Positions 52,601 through 64,000 of a DNA stretch of 64,000 nt are shown here, piece after piece. Within the stretch, counting starts at the first letter, position 1. Every line of letters starts with the position of its first letter. The position numbers and the translations under genes are program-made. Source of the stretch: Octopus sinensis (lineage: Eukaryota); the NCBI RefSeq assembly GCF_006345805.1, contig NC_043002.1:64790001-64854000 (forward strand), read 5' to 3'. The notes beneath the pieces were generated by a model. The model did no database searches, was not told the origin of the DNA, and saw nothing but the letters and a program-made list of their open reading frames with translations.

Positions 52601-53060
52601 TTTCAAGAAGAAACTTTCTGTGAGCGATGAAGATTGGAATAACTGTTGGAAGGTCGCTGCAGATTGAGCAGGGTGCTAACGATTATTTCTTTTCGTAGTT
52701 ACGAAGAAATCAGATATCATAATATGGTGTGAAAGAAAGAAAGTGGTAAATCTAGTTGAGTTAACGGCTCCTCATGATGATAACATAGATGCCGCTCGGA
52801 CACGGAAGATTGGCCGTTATGTAAACTTCGTCGAGGAATGTGAAGACACAGGCTGGAAAGCGCAGCATTTTCCAATCGAAGTCGGATATAGAGGATCTGT
52901 TGGTCACAACATGAGGCGACTGTTGTTATCGTTAGGCCTAACTCATCGTAAATACCACTATAAGTGATATCCAAATTACAGTTTTAAAGGCTAGCCAATG
53001 GATTTGGTTAAACAAGTGACGATGAATGATGGTTAGAAGAATATTGACTTATACCTGAAA
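49640..53060 (+). mobile_element. Hero/R2-group LINE relic (RT + REL endonuclease), interrupted at ~51610-51960
   Basis: FRTISLLNVEGK, VQKAGIP, VWFDLVNAYGSV, EIYKVGKVRTVMMLRES, and REL-domain VELTAPHDDNI...PIEVGYRG. Confidence 0.85.
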
Positions 53061-53632
53061 ACCAGTTGATCCAGCAGGCAGGGCCTCATTTCAGTGAGGT
53101 GGGACAGGTGCGCAATGATACCATACAGTTGCTGGCTTCCGGTATGCGGAGCTTTCGACTGGTAGCACTTGTATTTGGAAGCTGCTTGCAAAACATCTAT
53201 GAATGTAAATTATATTTCGATATACATTGATTTCAGATTTTAATAAATACAAATATAAAAAGCAACATTATATAAAACATATTACAATTACGATAGGGAC
53301 CAACAAAATATTTTGACTGGACTTGTACAATTTTTACTTTCTTTGTCGCAATGTTAGCAGCAATACAATAAAAATATGATAAAATTCGTTTCAGCTATGA
53401 CGATTCCCTCCCGTTGTTTCAAAGTCCTTCTATATAGCACAATATTATGCAACATGTCTTTCCTTTTGTCAAATGTTCAGCTGGGATAAGAGAAATAATT
53501 TAATATCAATTTTAGCTGGTTAATGGACCTCTTCAGATATCCTTTGTTGTTCTGTGAATGTTGGCTTTGATGTTTCTGGTTTTGGCAGTATTGTTTGTGC
53601 TATTATTTTTTTCATTTTTGCTCCTCTCTCAG

Positions 53633-53716
53633 CCCTAATGGAACAAACGAAGATCAAATGCAACGAGAATTCCGTCTTTCTTCAGGTGTTATATATCTAG
53701 AACTACATTACACAAA
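53633..53716 (+). CDS. Candidate exon (C+PNGTNEDQMQREFRLSSGVIYLELHYT+AA)
   Basis: Very strong acceptor ttttttcatttttgctcctctctcag; donor AAA|GTCAGT at 53717 or CAG|GTGTTA at 53686. Confidence 0.3.
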
Positions 53717-54438
53717 GTCAGTGTTCTTGTTGTTCAAATGTATTAGGAACTGAAACCTCGGGAAAGCATACACCGTACTGAAGATTTTAAAGTTCCCAGT
53801 TGAGGAAGCAATGCGTCAATGCATATTAAATAAGTCGTAATTCCACACACAAGTTGAATATTGTAATACTTCGATAAATATAACATATTTAACGTTCACA
53901 ATATTAGATTCAACGTTGTAAACTGACCTATTAAACAACATTGGTTAAATAAAATCCTATTTTTATTGAATAGATTTACTTCTGTTACATTATTAATATT
54001 AATACGGCGTATTGCCATACCTAAAATTATCATCTTAAAATGTACTAAAACCACACACTTTTTTTTATAATAGACAATATAGTGCCGTTGCATGTAAGCG
54101 ATATTAAAAAGATTCAAAAGGCTGTTATATGTCACTAAATTTATAAATGAGGCGTTATGACTTTGTAACTATATTACCTCTTAATATTTGGCTTCTTAAA
54201 CGCAGTTCATTATTGATATACGTAATGAATTCCTGCATCGTTTTATGACTATGCCTGTCTCATTAATATTTTGTGTATCGCTCTGACATTCCTATTGGAA
54301 ATATTCTTGTTATGTGAATGTATGCTGAAATACATTCCCGCAGACACTCATGCGCAAGTATACATCTGTGCACACACAAAAACACAAACCCGTTGCGCAC
54401 AAACATATATTTGCATGCACATATATATATATACACAC

Positions 54439-54528
<90 letters not shown>

Positions 54529-54624
54529 TAGATATATATTTGCATGTACATATATGTGTGTGTATATATATATGTGCGTGTGTATATATATATGTATATA
54601 TGTGTGTGTATATACTCTTTTTAC

Positions 54625-55010
54625 TCTTTTAGTCTTTTACTTGTTTCAGTTATTTGACTGCGGCCATGCCGGAGCACCGCCTTTAGTCGAGCAAATCGAC
54701 CCCGAGACTTATTCTTTGTAAGCCCAGTACTTATTCTATCGGTCTCTTTTGCCGAACCGCTAAGTGACGGGGACGTAAACATACCGGCATCGGTTGTCAA
54801 GCAATGCTAGGGGGACAAACACAGACACACAAACACACACACACATATATATACGACAGGCTTCTTTCAGTTTCCGTCTACCAAATCCACTCACAAGGCT
54901 TTGGTCGGCCCGGGGTTATAGTAGAAGACACTTGCCCAAGATGCCACGCAGTGGGACTGAACCCAGAACCATGTGGTTGGTTAGCAAGCTACTTACCACA
55001 CAGCCACTCC
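54625..55010 (-). mobile_element. SINE family B, full length
   Basis: Reverse complement of the 24095-24485 architecture. Confidence 0.9.
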
Positions 55011-55644
55011 TGTATATATTGTCTGTGTTCAGGTAATATGTGCTTGTGTAGGTATATATATATATATATATATATACATATATGTGTGTGTGTATGTGTG
55101 TGTGCGTGTATGCATGAAGGCATACTTATAAACATTAATATCTCTGCCCACAGGAATACATATTCACACACGCGCGTTAAGGTGTGATACGCTGAATGAG
55201 AAAGTTAAAACATGTTCGTTTGAGAAATGCATCTCTTTTGAATAAAGAAAGCAAAATAAATTCTTGCAATAATTGCCAGTGATATTCAAATAGATTGGGA
55301 AATCATTTCAAGTGCAAATGGTTGCAAATAAAGACCATACTTGTTTTCTTTTCTCTAGTCCCACCTCCCAATGTAATCCATGGGTATAATTTTACATGTA
55401 AAACTCCTTTCAAATTAGGATAAATATTATAATAACGATAATGACTTGCCGATGGAAATTTTTAGCTTTTAATCATTCTTCGTGACATATGATTCTGCAT
55501 CTCACATATTCATTAGTAAAGACCTTTACATATACATAAGATATTATTTAAGATTATTCATAATATCTATGAATCTCGAGTCTTCTTCCATCGCAATGTG
55601 CATACTTCATCAGACATTGCATTATGCATATATATATATATATA

Positions 55645-55848
55645 TAACGGGAAGCTTTATGAAAATAAACAAAAGACGAAGGCAGGTGGAATACAAACAA
55701 ACAATTGTATTAGTATGGCGCTCAGGAATATAAATAAAACAAGTATTTTACGTTTCGAGCTTACGCTCTTCAACAGGAAGATACACAGAAAGAAACAAGG
55801 AGAGAAAAAAAAATGCGTGCAGAGGCTAGCGAATCAACATGGCGATCT
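55645..55848 (-). mobile_element. Solo pLTR-like unit with CTGTTGA hammerhead variant, in (TA)n
   Basis: Minus strand cctgttgaagagcgtaagctcgaaacgtaaaatac (55741-55785); (TA)n on both sides. Confidence 0.6.
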
Positions 55849-55913
<65 letters not shown>

Positions 55914-55958
55914 CTATAGATATAGATATAGATATAGACATAGATATAGATATAGATA

Positions 55959-57368
55959 TCTCTATATATATAAAACTGAGAATGTGTGTATGTCTGTCTG
56001 TCAGTCTGTCACTCTGTCTGTCTGTGTGTTTCCCTAAAACTTGAGAACTACACAATTTGAACTTTTTGCCTAGGGTGAGTTCACAGCAATATCACATCTT
56101 CTCCACTACGATTCCCTAAAACTTGAGAACTACACAACCAATTTCATTCAAATTTTATACATGACTTACTTATGGTCCATGTAGTTTCATGGGTAAAAAA
56201 AATGTTCAACTTCTTACCTAGAGCGAGCCCATAGCAATATCATATCTTCACCACTATTTCAGTATTACGTGTTAAAAGTGAAACAAAAGCATTTCTCTAT
56301 TTTATGTTAGATGCTTTCACTTTAACAATAAAATAATAATAACAATTGAATTATATGTAGTAAGTAATAATTAAAATCAAACTGAAGTATTATATAATCG
56401 TAACATAAAAAAAATTAAAATTGGTATAAAATTGCATCAATGACTTGAACTTGAATCAGTGGTTACACATAAATGGGAATAAATAAAAAATAAAATTTAA
56501 GTGCAGAAATGGAATAGTCCAGATGGAGGTGTGCACGGCTTTTTCATTAGATTATTTGCTAATTAGCTAGCATTAAGTATCTATATGAAGTTTGGCTGTA
56601 TGTAATGTCTGTTTTCTCGAAAGATGCTTCTACTGAGTTCCTGATATTATGCTGCCAGAGTCAGACGTTATTTTTGTGTGAAAGAGTGAAAAGAAGTGAA
56701 AAATTGTAGAAAGAGACGAAACAGGATCGAATCGCGCGAGGCGCTTATCGCTGCGTGTCGTTACTTTTTCGTTGACCCTCAGTCATGGAGACTTACGCGA
56801 GGAGACTTACCGCAAAGAAGAATGGCGCGTCGCTTGTTGTCTATAAAGTATACAATGTAGAGAAAAAAGAAGATTTGAACACATGGAGGAAAGCACCTTC
56901 GAAAAGTGTCTTGGTGAGACTATGAAAAATATCTAATCAGAGGCGGTATATTCGCCACAATAGAAGCAAGGTTCGAGTCAACGGAGCGTGCAAGGGAGTA
57001 CTCGACTCGAACTTGCAAAGTGGAAATATTTTATTTTTACCTTTATATCTGGGACGTAGGACGTCCCGGATAAAAATTTAAAATGCACCCCCCCCCCAGA
57101 AGTAGAGGTAGGCTGGATTGTAGCCACACTTCTATACAAGAGAGGACAAGATACAATTGATCGAAATTACAAGAGACGGGCTAACAATTCCAGTCTGTTA
57201 TATATTTTGAGTATTGTTATCACTAGCGATATCAAGATATAACTTTGTATTTTGTATTTTATATGTAGATGTATATATATAGATGTACATGTAATATGTA
57301 CACATATATATACACATATATACATGCACTAGCACTATGACCCGGCAACGACGGGTCTTTAATGCTAG
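55959..57368 (+). mobile_element. Non-autonomous Helitron/Helentron-like element
   Basis: A|TC 5' end followed by tatatatataaaactgagaatg(tctg)n; 3' hairpin GACCCG-GCAACGA-CGGGTC 57339-57357; CTAG|T end; internal 25-bp direct repeat tccctaaaacttgagaactacacaa at ~56032 and ~56114. Confidence 0.75.
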
Positions 57369-57550
57369 TAGATATATATAGCCGCAAGCGTACATATCGT
57401 TGTTTTCTTATTCCGATTGTTATTTTCTTAATTTGGGTTTCACGTCAGTTTCAAGGGTACGATTACGATTAAAATGATTGTTAAGCCATTAACAAAACAT
57501 CCAAAGCTAATCAGAAACGTGTAAATAAGACGTCTCTAGAATGTGAGACA

Positions 57551-57581
<31 letters not shown>

Positions 57582-58640
57582 TGGTAGGTATCCTTTATTC
57601 AAAACTGATCATTTTATATTTCTTCACGTCTGTGACACGAACTGTTGATTTATTTCAAGAGACTCCATCATGAAGCAAAACGAAATTGTGGTCAATTATT
57701 TAGAATTTTTTATCTCTTTTTGTTTTTTTTATTTTTCCCGTGTTTATCTCGATATAATGTTTTTGTTTGCACTTTTTCTCTTGCGATTTTCATAAAAATA
57801 CGTATAAACAATTACATCAGCTTTCATACCATTACAAGAAAATTTATAAAAATCTCAATGTCTAAACGGTCTGAGAGTGATAACATCCTCAGAGTGCTCA
57901 GCAGAAACCATAAATAATGGACGCCAAAAGAAAGAAAACTGAAAAATACAAAGAGTAGAGCCCCGAAAGAGGATTTTGTGATAAAATCGTTTCACTTACA
58001 CAAAAATGAAACGGATGTAAAATCATATTTCATTTGAATTTAATTAAAATTATAATATTTAAAGCATTATAAATGTTAGAATTCATTAAACCACATGAAC
58101 ATGCTACCGAGAATGACGTGAAGGCAAAGTATAAATAATCTCAAACTGAATAGTTCTTGAAAAAAAACATACTTCATATTATGCCTACATACATGGCACT
58201 AAATGGATGGTAGAAAATAATACATTAAATAAATCACAGAAACAGAAAGTCGATGTCGCAGGCAATTATAATTTCTTATAGGATTTGGTTGTATAGCTGA
58301 AGGTCTTATCAGAAAGAAAATGACCATAAAATTCACCTTTTTATGAAAATATATAAGAATTGGATTTTTCAGATTTTTCAATTTTTTGAAATGCAGACTA
58401 ATATGAAGCTGTACTGCAAAATTACTCTGACTTATAAAACGATAAATATTTTTAAATGTCTCCTGCATTATATATATGTATGTGTGTGTGCGTGTGTTTG
58501 TGTTTATGTATGTGTATTTGTGTATATATATATGTGTGTGTGTTTATGTATAGAGTTATCTTTGAACCACGTGACGCCACACGAGCCTTTCTCAGACTGC
58601 TTTTTTTTCATTCTTGCTGGACTTTTCCTGTATCTTCTTT

Positions 58641-58663
58641 CTGACGAAGAGCTACGTTCGAAA
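58641..58663 (+). ncRNA. Hammerhead relic
   Basis: CTGACGA-A-GAGC-TAC-GTTC-GAAA present; stem III and cleavage triplet lost. Confidence 0.3.
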
Positions 58664-60044
58664 AGCCACACTCCCTCTTTTGGATGCTACATGTTGAGAA
58701 TTCGTTGTTACTTGTGCTTCATGGTAGCTGTTGCTTTTATGAGACTAAAAACATGCAAATCGGGAAAAACCTGAATCCGAAAATATTGAAATTCCGAAAA
58801 TTCCAGAATCAACAGTAATAATTTCTAACTTTTAAAATCTTAGGCGATAGAAATCCGGAAAATTTGTAACAAATTATTCATTTAGAAAACCCACAAAAAC
58901 AACAGTATATCAAGTGACGTTCCTGTGATGTCAACACATGCTAATCTGAATCTATATTTGATTATAAGTTTACTCACTCGGATTACAGGAATTATATTGT
59001 CAGATAATTTCTTTGTATAAAATACGCGGTTCACCCTAATATCCACAGCTATTACGAAGGTTATAATTATTTCGACACAGTATGAAGAAAGGTGAAACAT
59101 TTGAAATTGAGATTAAAGAATTAAGAGGAAATAAACGCAGAGAATTCATATTATTAATTTCTAATTTTTTGATAATCATGTACAGCACTATATCATTCGT
59201 TTTAGAGATCATCAGCGTGATAAAATCCCGGAATTTTTTAATAACTTTACCAAATTTCGATCTGCTTTTTCTCGTTCTGAAAAATGCTTTTTTTCCCTCG
59301 AAGTGTCTCGTTCTACATCAATCAAGCTCCTTATTTTGGTGTCTCTCTTTTTGCCATAAAAGCTAAACATACTTCTTTTTAAGTTGTCCTTACAAAATTA
59401 ACCTTCTTATTTTCAAATTCCCTCTCGACTACTTTAAAATGTTGAGCAAATGTTTAACTTAAATATCACCCAGGCAGCCTCTCCTATGAAACAAACTATG
59501 TTGGATTTACTTGTCTTTTGTAATATATTTGTCACTTAAGGAGGATTTTCTGGAGTGAATTACTGAACAGCCATTAATGCATAAAATTTTGTACTTTGCA
59601 TTTATCAAGTTTGACAATTTAGATACTTGAAATCTGTTTTATATCACGTTGAATTCTTATTATCTCATCTCTACCTTCTCATGCAACACAATGAAGAGAT
59701 GTGTTAAATTGTTTCACTGCCACCACCACAAATGTGATAATTAAGTATACGAAGGGCTAAACAATACCAGAAGACAAAAGTTTATAGGCTTATTACAACG
59801 GATGCAGCTAAAATAGGAAATTGGCAAATTACATCACACGAGCAATAACTACATCATACGAGCAATAACTGGACACTAAAATAGAAAGCATACACGTTTT
59901 TTTTATATATATATAAATATGGATGGCAACGAATCTCGAAATACAAATGTAGTGATGCTTCATGGATTGTCAAAGGGAAAATGCGGACAAAATATATACA
60001 AGAAATCATAACTACGAATTTCTTAGAATCCTGGACGATTTCTA

Positions 60045-60255
60045 CCTTCATTGCTTCTTTGCTTATTGCTCATAGGGGAATAAATATAGAGGAGACAAAC
60101 AAAGACGGACAAGGTTCTTGTTGAGTGAGTTGTATCCAGGTATAGGTGGTTTATCTGGTATTCCTTGAAGAAATTTGTCCAGATTCCGTTTACAGGTGAT
60201 GGCATCCTTATCCTCTTTCATCTGTTTTGGGACAATGTTAAATAGGGAAGGACCT
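60045..60255 (-). mobile_element. CR1-type LINE 3' fragment
   Basis: GPSLFNIVPKQMK...KRNLDKFLQGIPDKPPIPGY (ORF 60063-60269). Confidence 0.75.
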
Positions 60256-60535
60256 GAGTGAAGACGCATGGCTTAGTGGTTAATAGTTTCGATTCCTAGA
60301 CAGGGCGTTGTGTTCTGGTCTTGAGCAAAGCACTTCATTTTACGTTGCTCTGCGATCATTTCGTTATCTGACATGCAGTACATGATGCACCTGTACAGGT
60401 AATGTCGATTTGATGTAGGGAGTGAGTTTAAGTGCGCACAAAAATTTGACCACTGCAAACAAATCATCTTTGTGGTCGTTCGACAAGAAATTGCCGAACC
60501 ACCGTCACCCGTCGTCTAACGACGAGAGAGTTCAT
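60255..60535 (+). mobile_element. SINE family D
   Basis: gcatggcttagtggtt head; homologous to 40222-40515. Confidence 0.75.
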
Positions 60536-60539
60536 GGTA

Positions 60540-60611
<72 letters not shown>

Positions 60612-60614
<3 letters not shown>

Positions 60615-61700
60615 TGAATTGAAGAAATGGAGCTGAACGCAGATTGAACCGAAATCGTTTTATTTCATTCTACACGTGTTTCGAAAGGCACAAATTACCA
60701 AAATCCGATTGAATAATGGGACCATATTGTGTCTTTCTCTTCAGGAAGAAAAAAGGAAATCCGTTGGAAAAACAAAAACAGAACAGAGGCGGAGCAAAAA
60801 ACAAATCGAACTGTGCTCCTAAGAGCCCATGGCGAAACTGTTTATCAGTGTATGTTGAGAACCGGTGGCTGAAGAATTCAACGGGTCAGGCATCGGTCAA
60901 TCATGTGGGTGAGGGTGTATAGATGTTCTTTGTGACCGAGAATAAAGTTCTGACTATTTAAGGAATATTGGATGTTTTATAAGGGGCGAGAAAAAATCTA
61001 CTTAGAGACGTGTGTGTGTATACTGTTCTATATATGTGTGTGTTGGCGTAGGGGTAGAAAACATTTTTTGTGTACGTGTGTGCGTTTGATCGTTCGGCTG
61101 TCAGTGGCTACTGCCGTGATAACCGTTGGGTGGCAGAAAGAAAAAAATTAAAAAAATATATATATATTATGTTTTATGTGTGTGTGTGTTCATCTAAGCC
61201 TGCCTTGTCAAGGAAACCCCCCGCTGTGAAAAAACCAAGCCCCGTTTGTCTTACAGGAGTAATTCCCCTTGCAGTGGTTAATCGTAGATATCTTAAAGGC
61301 TATTTCAGAATTTGTTACCAAGGGCTATGGGTGCCGGTATTATTTATAAACGCTATTTAAAGGCCAGATAAGTGTAACGCCGCCAATGGGGGCATCGAAA
61401 AGCCGACTGTAAGAGCCCGTTTACCATCCGGCCTCTGGCAAACAAAATATGGAAGAGTTCGGAGACACAAAGGTTGCACTGTCTTCTGCCCCTATCAAAT
61501 GGGAGGGCCACCGACAAAATTGACCATTCCAGCCTATAGCTTAAGTTCGCATCCTTCAGTCGCCATATTAGCTTACTGAGTCCCGTGGTCTGGCGCTTGT
61601 TCACGTCCCGAAAAGTTGCGTAATGGTTGGAGACACGCAAAGACTGCGTTTACTGCTGTGATTTTTGCTACTAAGGTATCGGTTAAACTTTTGATTAATC
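60612..61700 (-). mobile_element. 5'-truncated Penelope-like element (GIY-YIG C-terminus + pLTR with HHR), flanked by (TA)n
   Basis: RVSNHYATF...TTGLSKLIWRLKD...EWSILSVALPF...RQCNLCVSE...RCPH (ORF 61353-61640); HHR near the 3' end. Confidence 0.85.
60665..60750 (-). ncRNA. Type I hammerhead ribozyme, intact core
   Basis: CTGAAGA (60738-60744); 11-bp stem II GAAAGACACAA/TTGTGCCTTTC with one A.C mismatch; GAAA; palindromic stem III ACACGTGT; triplet GUA; stem I TTC/GAA, extendable. Confidence 0.8.
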
Positions 61701-61734
61701 TACTACAAGATTATTCATCTTTCTATTTCACATA

Positions 61735-61768
<34 letters not shown>

Positions 61769-62088
61769 CACACACATGTATGTATATTAGTATGTATGCA
61801 TGTATATAAATACACACACGTGTATATATGTTTCTATTCCGTCTTTATACACAGGCACACACACTCATATAAGTGTGCATCTATGCATGTGCTGGTGTGT
61901 ACGTGCGTTTGTTTGTGTGTGTGTATGTGTGTGTATCTAAGTATTTAAGTGCATATGTCCTGAATCATAAAGAGGCAGGAAGAGTAAATATATATAGACA
62001 TGTTGGAAATTGAGTGTGTGAAAATAGATTGGAAATTAAAGAAATGTGCTATCGAACTGGTGCTAATTGGAAGTATGTATGTATATTT

Positions 62089-62123
<35 letters not shown>

Positions 62124-62855
62124 TATGTGTTTGTATGTATGTGTGCGTGTATGTATGTGTGTATGTGCACACGCGCGTGTGTGTGTGTGACAATTTGTTC
62201 AATTGAAAGTCGATCAATGCTAATAATGAATTACCTTGCAATTAAACTGGTTTCTAAATAAATAAGAAAATTTAATTATTAAAGACACGAAACTCTTCGT
62301 GGCGAACGCAGAAGATCGAATATAGCAATTATGAAGGTTGTTGACGTCTATATGTAATAGCCGGATCGTTAGGCATAAGAAGATGGATTTAACGAGAAAG
62401 AAAATTTATACATTCACTGATGTGTGCAGGAAGGAGACGAAATTGTGAGGAATATTGGGAATCTTATTCAAATGTTGGTAAAACAATATTTCTTTTGGCT
62501 ATAACTAAATGGCCTGAAATTTCGGCGTAGGGGTTAGTTTTGTTCGACGTTGGAGAATGACAGTTAACAGTCGACACCGAGGAAATTTGAAATCAGAAGT
62601 TAAAACGCAACCAAATTAATTGCAGGCCTGGCTATTGGCACCGGCGTGGCCATGTAGTAAGAAGTTTAATCCCAACCACATGGTTCTGGTTTCAGACCAT
62701 TGAGAGTCACTTTGAGCAAATGTGCTCTACAATATTTTTGATCCAACCAACCCTCGTCAGTTTACACACAAATATATGTAAATATCTTAATTTCTAGAAA
62801 TGCTGTTACTGATCTGTATCCTCTTTCACTTTACTGACAACTATCTATCTATCCC

Positions 62856-63262
62856 AAATCAAAATAACCAACAAGGATATCCAGAGGTAATGCAGTACGA
62901 TCGTTTCATGCAACTCATCTTCATTGAACAATGCTATCATTACATCAATTTAAATGCACAGCAATCTTTAGCTGCACAAAGACATAGAATTTAATTAAAT
63001 TAAAACAAATGGGCACATTAGTATAATTATACATAAAATCTCCAAGAAGTTAAAGAGATAGACAAAGAACATGCTGTCTTCACTCCAGCATAGAAGCTAT
63101 TAAGGTATCAAGAAGATGTACATTGTTACAGACTTTGTCTGTCACTGATTTTCTTTGTTTTTAGGGGGTCAGTTTTAATTTATAGACTAGTTTATCGAAT
63201 ACTTGTATATCTAAGGCTGAGAGAACAAAAGGGCTGGGCTGAGGGAGCAGACTGAAATCATA
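62856..63262 (+). mobile_element. MITE-like element, copy 2
   Basis: See 40614-41015. Confidence 0.55.
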
Positions 63263-63537
63263 GTTAATATAGTCATAAAAATCAAGATTTATTAGAAACA
63301 CTATCATGAGGTTTGGTAAAGGAAAACTTAAAACACGATGTTAGCTGACAATTAAGGGGGTCACCCACTAGCAGACTATTGATAATGAAAAAAGTGGAAG
63401 TCTTAACACATAGAACTATAGTTAAAATATTTTAAACAATGTTGCTATATTGTACACAGTTAAAGTTTGGGGCTATTCAGAGGATTATTACGAAGAATAT
63501 TATAACAAAATATAGAAATTTTTAATAATTTTGAGTA

Positions 63538-63760
63538 TGTAGAGGCGCAATGGCCTAGTGGTTAGGGCAGCGGACTCGCGGTCGCAGGATCGCGGTTTCG
63601 ATTCTCAGACTGGGCGTTGTGTGTGTTTATTGAGCGAAAACACCTAAAAGCTCTACGAGGCTCCGGCAGGGGGTGGTGATCCCTGCTGTACTCTTTCACC
63701 ACAATGGCGGTGCCCCAGCATGGCCACAGCTCAAGAGCTGAAACTGGAAAAACAAAAAAC
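63538..63760 (+). mobile_element. SINE family C, full length, with CR1-derived tail
   Basis: A-box TGGCCTAGTGG; B-box-like GTTTCGATTC; tail ggcggtgccccagcatggccacagctcaagagctgaaact matches the CR1 3' end at ~21485-21530 (reverse complement). Confidence 0.9.
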
Positions 63761-64000
63761 AAACAATATACCAAAATTTTACCACAATAGATGGAGGAAA
63801 AGAAATTATCCAGAAATAGTTTAAATTTATATATATTGATTAATTTGTTTAGACTGGAATTAATAAAGGAGTATTGAGGTAAAAGAACATGCTAATTATA
63901 TATTAATAAAATTATAATCTAAACAGTTTTATATAAGTAGTGAATATACCAGTATAGTTTTATATACGCTAAGTATGAATTTATAGAGATACACAAATTA

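Overview
This is eukaryotic, AT-rich, repeat-saturated DNA, most likely intronic or intergenic. The SINE, LINE and microsatellite landscape suggests a coleoid cephalopod, probably Octopus (inference, not verified by search). I see no intact cellular gene, rRNA, true tRNA or CRISPR array. Most long ORFs in the track are microsatellite read-throughs. Supported content: a young 5'-truncated CR1-type LINE nested in a Penelope-like element (PLE); two more PLE fragments; RTE, Hero/R2-like, R4-like and CR1 LINE relics; Chapaev3-like, Tc1/mariner, MITE and Helitron DNA elements; four tRNA-derived SINE families; and about nine minimal hammerhead-ribozyme (HHR) motifs, three with intact cores. Best leads: (1) a tRNA-headed, HHR-tailed short element that may be a PLE-mobilised SINE; (2) a solo-HHR unit family with a CUGUUGA core variant, mostly sitting in (TA)n tracts; (3) locally templated insertions, including a multi-segment patchwork inside a Hero LINE; (4) a 61-bp inverted copy of a candidate transmembrane exon that could be an ADAR editing-complementary sequence; (5) a speculative multi-exon TM+TIR-like host gene. 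All protein and RNA family assignments are by-eye motif recognition.
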